A DNA stretch of 64,000 nt from Mobula hypostoma (taxonomy: Eukaryota), in the NCBI RefSeq assembly GCF_963921235.1, contig NC_086118.1, forward strand, positions 19,594,001-19,658,000, written 5' to 3'. The position numbers were made by a program, and so were the translations under genes. Positions 35,900 to 46,635 of this stretch are shown here, piece by piece. Positions within the stretch are counted from its first letter, which is position 1; every line of letters starts with the position of its first letter. Under the pieces are notes generated by a model that saw only the letters and a program-made list of their open reading frames with translations, ran no database searches and was not told where the DNA came from.

Positions 35900-37799
35900 C
35901 TCAATCAATCAATAAAAGAAAAAAACACAAAACTGGGAATAAAAGGAAAAACGAAAAGGGATTCATCCCCAATTGATAACACAAAATACGTAATACTTTG
36001 TGTGTGTTGCTTCAGATTTCTAGCATCTGCAGACTTTATTGTGCTTATGATTCTATTCCTGTTGCTACATCTGTAACTCATTTCCACCTGAGGAAAGAAA
36101 CTCTCTTGGCAATCTCTGAGGGCTTGTTGTGGAAATATGTCAACTACTTGATCACTAACTACATTTCCATAAGAAAAGCATTTGCACTGCCATGCATTCT
36201 GTGTCTGAATATGTAATGCTGTTTTTAAATAACTTAAAATACAAAGTGTAGCCATCTTTAATAGAATCAATTAATTTGCAGCACGACTTTCTATTGACGC
36301 AATGTCTTCCCTGAGAACATCCCCGAAGCCATTTTTAGAAACAATTGCAGTGTTGCAGAATCATACTGTATGAAAAGATTTTGATCAGTGAACGATCATG
36401 CTCCATGTAAGGTGATTTATTAAAAGGAGCTAATAGTGGAAGAAAAGATTCTAAGATAATGAACATCCAAGAGCACAAAACATTTAACTAAAAGCAAGTT
36501 GTGCAACCAAGACTCCCTTGGCTAGTGTGCAAGTTTTTATTGTGTTTATCCATGTAAAACATCCATTAGAGTTAATATGCATGGGGATTTAGAAGGAAAA
36601 TGCATGCTGTTAATACCTCGTCTTTAATTGGATATACTATGAGAATTAGTCAAAAATGAGGATTAATGAAAGTGACAGCTATTTGAAAATAAGATATAAG
36701 CTCATCAAGGGTCAATAATCAAATCACCTCAAAAGCATGTCATCAATGCCTAAAAAGATTTTGTTTTGACATCACTTCTAGTTATCAGAAATTTTTCTAT
36801 TTGAAATATCCGCAGGACCAATTGCAATCCTATTACAGGATATACAGTCAATGGTCAATACTTATCAACAGACCATGGCAAGAAACAATCCACTTAGTAT
36901 TGATATAAGGCTTGCGTCTCTAAATACCACCCAGAACTCCTGACAACCTAGTGAAACAGCAACTGAATACATAAAAATGATGAAAGTAAAATAATCTGTC
37001 TGAGAAATGCATTAATTTTTCCAGATCAGTCAGCTTTTTAAGATTAGCAGAGTAATTTATAATGAACCTCAACTGCAATTAACTGAAATAAATGCTTTTG
37101 AGTACAATATGAATTCCATTGGGAGTTATTCAAATTCAGAGAAATAAGTATTGAGAAGATATTTACAGAGGTGAGTGCATTGCTTTAACTTAATCTCTTC
37201 TTCCTTAATTTACTTTCCAATGAATCTAATGCATGACATAGGCTCAACTCTGAGTTCTGTAGGGTCCTTCAAAATAATATGTACACTTAAGGTATCGGAC
37301 AACAAAAGTAGTATCAAACCATTATAAATAGTTACACACTCTCAGCCAGCATAAGGAAGCTTGTTTATGTACAGTTGCAGAGCAAATTTATTAGACTTAT
37401 ATGAAAAGACAATAGAACAGGGATGCACAAACGTTTATGCTTGGGATGTTATTTTCAGCTTGGAACTGAAGACAGTAGACAGAATTGCTGCAGGTGTCTG
37501 GAAAAAAGGGCAGAGCAGGAAGACCATGGATGCCTTTATGATTCTTTGGTTACCTGTTACAGCAGGGCACCTGGGACACTGAAAGTGCAGGAGTCTGAGC
37601 CAATATATTCTATCTGGCTGACTTCCAACAGAACAGATAAAAGCATGAAATTTGATAGTCTAATGCCAAGTTCACATAGGCTGAAGGTTTGCATGTGAGT
37701 TTTATTTTTTTCTCATGAATAATTTTGTAGAGCATTGTGATGGTTATTATTTGACAAGCAATTAATTCATTATCTCCTTGCACTACATTATGTCAAGGA

Positions 37800-38247
37800 A
37801 TTTTATTACTTTACTTTATTGTCGCCGAACAATTGATACTAGAGCGTACAATCATCACAATGATATTTGATAGTGCGCTTCGCGCTCCTTGCAGTACAAA
37901 TCGATAGTAAATATTAAAAAGTTAAATTATAAATCATAAATAGAAAATAGAAAAGGGAAAGTAAGATAGTGCAAAAAAAACCCGAGAGGCAGGTCCGGAT
38001 ATTTGGAGGGTACGGCTCAGATCCGGGTCAGGATCCATTCAGCAGTCTTATCACAGTTGGAAAGAAGCTGTTCCCAAATCTGGCCGTACGAGTTTTCAAG
38101 CTCCTAAGCCTTCTTCCAGAGGGAAGAAGGACAAAAAGTGTGTTGGCTGGGTGGGTCGTGTCCTTGATTATTCTGGCAGCACTGCTCCGACAGCGTGCGG
38201 TGTAAAGTGAGTGCAAGGACGGAAGATTGGTTTGTGTGATGTGCTGA
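37800..38247 (-). mobile_element. Rex1/Babar LINE 3' fragment
   Basis: ORF 38028-38315: LPSLHSLYTARC..IIKDTTHPANTLFVLLPSGRRLRSLKTRTARFGNSFFP. (GTAAA)n tail. Confidence 0.85.
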
Positions 38248-40254
38248 GCAAACCAATTATAACATTTACTAACATTACTAACATTATCAATTAGTTGATT
38301 GCTTGATAACTTCAATCCAGGGGGTATAAATCACTGATGAAATAAGCATTCTTTTAAAATGAAAGAGAACATATTTAATTCATTGGAAGGTGGGGTTACT
38401 ACTTATAAATTATTTGTTGTGCATTCTACTCGTGAAAGGATAAAAGATGCTTTATGCCAGAAGCTTCATAGAAGCTATTAGCTAAACCAACCCCCTATCG
38501 GATAAGAATGCTGAATATCTCCAGGGAGTGAGAGCTCTATCTTTGAAGGTTGGCAATGATGAATATGTATATTTTAAATGTGCTGTGCAACAACATGGTG
38601 CATCAGCCCTCTCGCTGTCCTTTATCTAGGGTCTGAAGGTTGAGCAATAGAACTGGTGGATCAGGAAGCCTACAGCCGGCAAGTCCTCAATCATTTTGAC
38701 TGTGCACCATCACAGGAGTCCTGCTGTCCGTGCAGTTGCACTGATAATATAAAGCTGGACCAGTACAGCAGGCACTGGTCAGAGTTCACACACGGGAGAG
38801 AGCAAATAGCAGAACCAGGAACATTAATGAAGAAAGAAGTGTAGAAGGCATCATCATTTCTAAATTTTGCCCAGCTCAACACATCCAATACACCTCAGGA
38901 CACCCAAAACACTGAGCAGCAGGAGCAAATGGTACAGTGTATACCTTACAGGATCTTCCAAGCCTACTGATCTCAACACATAATCTCAATCCCTCTATAA
39001 AATTGGAAGACCCTGTTTCCCACAACAATACTGTGCTCTAAACTGCAAACACTTGCTTAAATACACATAGATTAGTTAATTGTATTAATTCTAAACAGGA
39101 TCCTTTCAAATGCCACAGCCCTGTTGCATAGAAAATTCTTACGATTTACTACATTCTGGGTGAATGTATCTTCATATCTTCTCATCTCTGTGAAGAATAG
39201 CCAACATCTTACTTTGGATTCTAGGCAAGTGTGAAATCCATCTACCCTAAGAATCATTTTAAGACTTTTTTTGTACCTTTCAGTTTTCATTCTGCTAAAT
39301 GCAAGAGGACATAATGCAGCCTGCTTGGTCCCTCCTCAAATGCCAGTCTCCCCTTCCTGGAAGCATCTGCTGAATATTTGCTTCACTCATATTTTCCTGA
39401 ATACATGCTTTCTTAGATAGGGTGAGTGTGATGCATTTTCACTTTCCAGGGCCGGAGAGCTTGTTGCTAACCTCAGCTTTCTTTCACAGTGGCATGATAT
39501 TTCCAAAGGGTCAGAGTTATTGGTGACAAAATTAAACACCTAACAAATATTCTTTGGTCAATTTTTTATTATAAACAAGAACCTGTCTTCAGTTCTTAAT
39601 GCAAATTGCAAGCAGTAATCATTTTGAAGATAAAATCTTATCTTTGTAAAACAACAGTGTTACAGAGTATAGGTTTCTAATTGACAGTGGGGTGCAGGCT
39701 GCTGAGAGATGTGGTTTGCAAAGTGAATTGGCTATGAAACTTTTTGTCTACCTTAGCCATATGAAAATCAGTGGGGATATGTCACTTAGCACATCAGTAT
39801 AGTTACAAGTTGGGAGATTTGTATATCAGAGAGTCAGCCCTCACAGCATTAATTCTCTATGTTCAGGATTTCTGTCACCAGAGGTTTTTAGATCATCTAA
39901 AACATGTAGGTGATGTCATCTAGTAGAAAATAGTATACATATTAGATTGTTAAGCATGACAAGGAAAATGACAAAAAGATGGGGTGACAGAAAGAAGAAC
40001 TGGAGTTCATTCCTCAACTTTTCGTTTCTGAGATGGATGACTTGTTCATTTGCAACTCATTGATATGCTCTTCCAGTTTATAAGAATTATACCTGTGTTT
40101 GGAAATTCTTTGTAAATTCAGAAATCTTTTATAAATCAGAAATCCTCTGTCAGTATTAAATGTAAATATGTGCGAATAACTATTGGTCCAATTTTAACTG
40201 TGTATCATTAGAAATAACAAACTGTATTTAAATGACTTCATTAGCTGGAAGTAC

Positions 40255-41125
40255 ATTACAATAGGAAAGGAATGTGATCTAAATAGCTTTGATCCTGGAA
40301 TGATTGTTAGGGCCAGATGGAGTATCTCAAAAATTGCTGCTCCCCTGGGATGTTCACACACAGCATTCTCTAGAGCAGCCATTCTCAACGGGGGCCACCG
40401 ACTGAAAACTGTGAGAAGGGGAGCCCCAAGGGTTTATGGGGGCCCTGGTAACACAGTGGGAAAAAGCCCAAAGATTTTTTATTGCCTTTCCCTCAACATA
40501 TTTGGTTGAGAGCAGATTCTGCAAGGTAGTTTCCTTGACAAAATCTAGGAACAGAATTGATATCACAACAAGAGGTGACCTCCAACTGTCATTGTCTAAT
40601 TTGGAGCCCGATATCATGAAACTTGCAGAAAAGCACCAAGCTCAAGGATCGCATTAGCCCTGATAGATGTTTAATTTCATACAGTCTTTTTTAAAGTTTT
40701 GTCCAGTATGTTGGAATGTTCAAGTTTTCTTGGTGTTCAATAATAAATGATCTTCCGTCTAGCTGTTCCTGTTGTATCCCTGTTTGAAAGGGGGGCCCCG
40801 GAACCTGAGAAGAGCTCTTAAGGGGGCCGTGGTCAAAAAACGATCAAGAATCACTGCTCTAGAGTGTGCGGAGAAAAATTTAAAATAAATATCAGTGAGC
40901 AGCAGTTCTGTGAGCAAAAAGGCCTAATTAATGAAAGAGGTCAGAGGAGAATAGCCAGACTGTTTCCAACTGACAGGAAAATAATAGTAACTGAAATAAC
41001 TATGTGTTACAACAGTGGTAAGCGGAAGAGATCTCTGAATGCATACATGCCATTCTTTGAAATAGTTGAACGACAGCAGCAGAAAGATCAATAACACACT
41101 CTCAGCGACTACTTCATTATATCTC
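40255..41125 (+). mobile_element. Degenerate Tc1-like transposon remnant (N-terminal HTH), interrupted by a hAT element
   Basis: GMIVRARWSISKIAAPLGCSHTAFSR continues after the insertion as SEQQFCEQKGLINERGQRRIARL..DRK..VTEIT..YNSG. Confidence 0.75.
40376..40856 (+). mobile_element. Non-autonomous hAT (Charlie/Buster) element with transposase C-terminus
   Basis: 8-bp TSD CTCTAGAG on both sides and imperfect TIRs CAGCCATTCTC / AAGAATCACTG. ORF 40436-40657: FPSTYLVESRF...RGDL..SLSNLEPDI.KL...QAQGSH-stop. Confidence 0.92.
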
Positions 41126-41559
41126 GGAGGTACCGGATAGAGCAGACACTGAGTGTAGTTGTTATGCATTAGACTCATCTGGTACTCAGTAACATTTTCT
41201 ATTTAATTAGTTTTTGAAATTATTTTATTACAGAACTTCAAACAGCGGCAAGGGATTCAACAATCACCATGGTGTTCTTATTGAAATAAGCAGATCCATC
41301 CCAGAAAAGCTTCTGCCCTCCCGCTGACCTGGTTTATTATTGTCACATGTACTGAGGTACAGTGAAAAACATTGTTTTGCTTGCCATCATTTCCTTACAA
41401 CAATGCATCATGGTAGACCAAGGAAATACAATCACAGAATGCAGAATGAAGTGTTACAGCAATAGAGAAAGTGAGGTGGAGGGAAATAATAAAGTGTAAG
41501 TTCGTAATGAGGTAGATTGAGAGGTCAAGACTCCATCTTATCATAACACAAAGGATTCT

Positions 41560-41710
41560 GCGAATGCAGGAAGTCTTAAGCAACACACACAAAATTCTGG
41601 AGGAACTCAGCAAGTCCTAATGAAGAGTTTTGTCCTGCAACATCAACTGTTTAATCCCCTCCATAGATGCTCCTGACCTACTGAGTTCCTCCAGTAATTT
41701 GTGTGTGTCC
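41560..41710. mobile_element. Degenerate palindromic Penelope-derived terminus within a minus-strand Rex tail (about 41325-41960)
   Basis: ACACACACAAAATTCTGGAGGAACTCAG ... CTGAGTTCCTCCAGTAATTTGTGTGTGT inverted arms, with a decayed core CTAATGA...GCAAC. Confidence 0.75.
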
Positions 41711-42459
41711 ATCTTATCATACTTGGGGACCATTCAATTCTTCTATTGTGGGATACAAGCTGAACTTGAGCCTGGGAATACAAGCTTTCAGGGTTATGTA
41801 CCCTCTGCAAACAGGAGAGGAGAGAAGAGAGAATACTCAGGTCTGGGATGGTCTTCGATCATGTTGACTGTTTTACTGAGACAGCGAGATATGCAGACAG
41901 AGTCCAGGGAGGGGAGGCTGCTTCATTTTATGCCTAATTATGTTCACAATCTTCTTCAGTTACAAAGAAGAATACTCCTTTTGAGGTCCGGTTACCCTAT
42001 TAACCTGAATACATTGTGAGGTCAATTCATTTTCAATAGAGTCTACTTGACCCTTTTGTTTGGGGCTCTGTAGCTTTGAAGTAAAAAGTTGCCTACTTTT
42101 AATCTGAGCCTCTTAGATCAGTGCAAAGCTTCCCATTTCATGAATAAAGCATTGGTTATGATTTTAAAAAATAACAGTTAGAGATATAATATTAATAAGT
42201 CGGTGATTGTTCAAACCCTTAACTATGATAAGTGTGCAATTTCCTGTGATGATTCTCTCTCACTGGTTGGAACCCTCAGTCCAGAATGTAATTTGAAATT
42301 TTATCTTCACTGTGCCACAAACATTGGTGTAAACTCCAGATTCCCAACACCAGGCCCTGAACGTTCCCCCAGACCTGTCACTCTGCATTACTTACCCTCC
42401 TTGGATTTCCGCCTGGGATCACCTGCTCCTGAGGAAAGAAGCATTTGGTGGCTCTGGAG

Positions 42460-42840
42460 TTCAAAAGGATGAGACAGGATTTCACCAAAACTCACTGAAT
42501 CCCAAAAGACCTGGATAGAATGGAGATGCTGAGGGTTTCCATTAGTAAGAGAGTCCAGGAACTGAGAGCACAGCCTCAGAATAAAGGGAAATTCTATTAA
42601 AGCTGAGATGAGGAGAAATTTTTTCAGAGGGTGGTGGGTCTGTGGAATTTGTGGAAGGTGGAAGCCAAGCCATTGGGTGTACTTAAGAAAGAAATTGATA
42701 GGTTCTTGATTGGTAAGGGGGTTAATGGTTATAAGGAGATGGCAGGAGAACGGGATTGAAAACAAAATCAGTCATGATTGAATGGTGAAGCCGACACAGT
42801 GAGCCATGGCCTAATTCTGCCCCTATGTCTTATGGTCCAT
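42460..42840 (+). mobile_element. CR1 3' end
   Basis: GCACAGCCTCAGAATAAAGGG..GAGATGAGGAGAAATTT and a TATGTCTTATGGTC tail. Confidence 0.8.
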
Positions 42841-43589
42841 GCCCAGCTTTTTGTCCCTTGGCCACTGACCATCCCTCTTTCATCAAATGCTCATACTTAG
42901 CCTCAGTCCAAGGCCACACAGTTTCCTTTGCAAAAACAGTCTATCACCATTCCTGTAGCATGCACAATATATGCATAATTTGTAATACGGGATGAGGAGT
43001 GAATCGTTTTAGTAAACTACCATCACATCCATCTGGCACACATGTTTGGATGTAGTAAAATTTTTATGTCTCTGTATCCAGGGAAGTGGAAAGAAGTAAG
43101 TGATCAAAGAATAGTTTCTCATGAAAGGATGAAGGTGATTAGCAGCCCGTTTTCATCCTCCCAATTATTATTTCCAAAGCCTTGAGCACACTTGTTCAAA
43201 TTTCCCTACGTCTCTCCTCACCACTTTTTCTGGTCAGCTTCAGCAAATATTCAGCCCTGCATAAATCAAGTGTGATTACTAAGTCAAGAAGTGAAGCCAT
43301 TGTGCAGAAAATTTATTACTGTGGTGGAATAGAGTACAAGGACAGCATCGTGATCAATCTTTCATGATAGAATTTTATCTCAGTGTTGTCAACACTTGAA
43401 ATAACACATCATTTACCTACTCACTGTCCTATTCCACCTATGTCTGCCTGTGATTATTCAATTGGTCTATGTGAGACAGAAAGTCAACCATTCTGTGAAG
43501 GGTGATGTTACTGAAAAAAGAGAATAATATTAATTTTAAAAAGTAATCATCAATAATATTGTATCTAATGGTAAACTGTTAAAGATGGA

Positions 43590-43720
43590 ATCCTAATGTA
43601 GGGTATTGGCCCAAAATGCTGAATATTAGTTCCCTCCATAGATGCTGCCTGATTCGCTGAGTTCCTCCAGCATTTTGTGTGTATTGGTCAAGATTTCCAG
43701 CACCTTTAGCACCTCTTGTG
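43590..43720 (+). mobile_element. Short Penelope-derived terminus with decayed hammerhead core
   Basis: CTAATGTAGGGTATTGGCCCAAAA...GATGCTGCCTGA..GCTGAGTTCCTCCAGCATTTTGTGTG. Flanked by TGTTAAAGATGGAATC / TGTTGAAGATGGAGTC direct repeats. Confidence 0.75.
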
Positions 43721-44039
43721 TTGAAGATGGAGTCACGCTTTTGCTTTTCTTCAATGGATAGGTGAAAATTGGACAGTCATAGTTTTTTGGGCTGCAGAGT
43801 TCCAAGATTCAAAATTGGCTGAATTTTATTGTCAAAAATAAGAAATAAGAGCAAGAACACCTGGCCCTTCACTGTTCCTCCACCATGTTCCTCCATCTTC
43901 CACCACAGTATCATTTTCTTGCCTGCAACACATATTCCTTTACTCCTCCATTATTTCAAAATCGCTGGTCTTAATTCTGAATGTTTTCAATTATGGAGCC
44001 TCCATATCTTCTGAGGAGAACAGGGAAATCCTATTGATG

Positions 44040-44310
44040 CACCACCCACTGACTGAAAAAAAGTCTTCATTTCTGTCTAAGATGGACTATTTCTTACTTT
44101 GAATCTATGTGCCATACTTCTCAGCTCCTCAATTAGAAGGTAAAACCTGCTCTGACCTATCTTTTTGAGCCCTCTGAAAAAGTTATATGTTTCACCTAAA
44201 TCATTGTTGTTTCTTCTAAGCCCTAAATAGAAGTGGTAGAACCAACTAAATCTCTCTTCATATGACAGAGTCATTAAATAGAACAGGCAGATATGTGGAT
44301 CTATGCTGCA
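44040..44310 (-). mobile_element. Old CR1 3' fragment
   Basis: ORF 44077-44274: LSYEERF..LRRNNNDLGETYNFFRGL. Confidence 0.65.
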
Positions 44311-46635
44311 ATGCCTCGATAGCAGGTACAGTATTTTCTCTGTTAGTTAAGAAAAGAAAAATTGCAGAGGGGTCGTCTCATCAAAGTGAGAGATTATGCT
44401 CATATCCTCTGGCAAGCATATGATCTCAAATTTAACCACTTCCGTTAACACTGTGTAACATAAAAATCGAGTGACAGAACACCTGCACTGATCTTGAGCT
44501 AGCCCGAACCAAGCAAATTAACTTGACAGAAGATGTCACCTTGTTTAATGATAATTGGCAGGTTATGTGGCAACATACATCTGGTTGAGTTGGATACTTA
44601 TTACTTGCTAATTGGTTTGACCTTATTAAGGAATTACTAAAACTATGATGATGATGAAATATGACAGGGAATTCAAATCATTTCCAATCATTGCAGTTGA
44701 GAAGCATGGAGTTTTCTTTTAACCTGAAAAAATAGAAATTGCCGCATCATTACATCATGCATAAAGCATCACATATTAGTTACAGCCTTATTAAGTCTTT
44801 GACTACCGTCTTAATGATTGATTTTTATGGTGGAGAAACATGGTTGTGCTTCTTACAATGCTTTGACAAATATTATGGAATTCCACCTTTAGACTAAAAG
44901 TTGTACAAAGTAATTAATTTTAGTAGACTCTTCACAGTGAGGAAAATAACAAATGTTATCAACAGATGCAGGGTATTTCATCATAATGGTAATCATTGTC
45001 TTAATGGGTGAGACAAGGTATAAGGGAAGAATATTCAGTTCCATAAGTTCCATGAAAATTAACACAGGGTGACGTAAAAAAGGTTGGGTGTGGGGTGCGG
45101 TAGGGGAGTAATATTATTCATAATTATTCATTAGATATAGAAGCGAAAATCTGTTGCACCAAGTATTGTGAGCATGCAATCTTCGAGACATAATCTTGAA
45201 TATCAAGCATTGCATGAATTTTCAGTAACATGTCACTTCAAGAAACAGCCACACTCTCTTGAAAGATCCTGAAGATCAGCACTACAGTGGAATGGAGGGA
45301 ATTACAAAGGCATGAGAGAGGAGCTGGCCAAAATTGATTGGAAGGGAACACTAGCACAGATGACGGTGGAGAAAAAATGGCTGGAGATTCTGGGGGCAAT
45401 TTGGAAGTCGCAGGATAGATATATCCTAGAGATGAAGAAGTATTCTAAGGACAGGTTGATGCAATCATGTCTGACAAGGGAAATCAAAACAAAAGAGAGG
45501 CAAAAATAAGTGGGAAGTTAGCGGATTAAGAATCTTTTAAAAACCAACAGAAGCCAAATAAAAGGGCTATAAGGAGAGAAAGGATGAAATATGAAGGTAA
45601 GCTAGCCAATAATATCAAAGAGGACACCAAAGGTTCGTTCAGAAATATAAAGAATAAAAGAAAGGTGAGAGTGGGTATCAGACTGCCGGAAAATAATGCT
45701 GGAGAGGTAGCAATGAGGGACAAAGGAATTGCAGATGAACTTAATACGTACATTTCATCAGTCTTCACTATGGAAGATACTATCAGTATGCCAGAACTCA
45801 ACAGTATCATGGGACAGAAGTGAGTGTAGTTGCTATTATTAAGGAGAAGCTGTTTGGGAAACTAAAACGCTTGATAGTAGTAGATAAGTCACCTGGACCA
45901 GATGCACAACACCTCAGGGTTCTGAAAGAAGTACCTGTAGAAATTATAGAGGCATTAGTATTGATCTTTCAAGAATCACTGGATTCTGTAATGGTTCCAA
46001 AGGAATGAAAAATTTAAAATATCACTCTACTCTTTAAGAAGGGAGGGAGGCAGAAAAAAAAGATGTTATAGGCCAGTTAGCCTAACCTCAGTGGTTGGGA
46101 AGATGTTGGAGTCCATTATTAAGGATAAAATTTCTGGGCACTGGAGGCACATGATAAAGGAGGTCAAAGTCAGCATGGTTTCTTTAAGGGGAAATCTTAC
46201 CTGACAAATCCATTGGAAATCTTTGAGGAAATAACAGGTGGGACAGACAAAAGAATCATCAGTAGATGTTGCTTATTTGGATTTTCAGAAGGCCTTTGTC
46301 AAGATGCTGCACATGAGGCTACTTAACAAGTGTTGAGAGATAGTCTACAGCAGGACTTATATAGATTGGGAGAATCATCAAAGACGTTCCAGATAGGATA
46401 TAGTGTAGGGAAGTGTATGGTCATGCACTTTGATAGAAGAAATAAAAACATAGACTATTTTCCAAACAGGGAGTAAATTTAAAAATCAGAGGTGCAAAGT
46501 GACTTGGGAGCCTTTGTGCAGGATTTCCTAAAGTTAACTTGTAAGCTGAGTCAGTAGTATGGAAGACAAATGCAATGCTGGTATTCATTTCAAAAGAACA
46601 ATATAAGAGCAAGGATATCATGCTGAAGCTTTATA

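Noticed and set aside
40436..40657. Exon of a ZBED8/SCAND3-like domesticated gene
   Set aside because: It is enclosed by TIRs and an 8-bp TSD, so it is a transposon deletion derivative.
44380..45000. Possible conserved non-coding enhancer (TAAT/TGACAG-rich; similar at 7.1-7.7 kb and 30.7-30.9 kb)
   Set aside because: Such motifs are expected by chance in AT-rich DNA. A cross-species alignment is needed.
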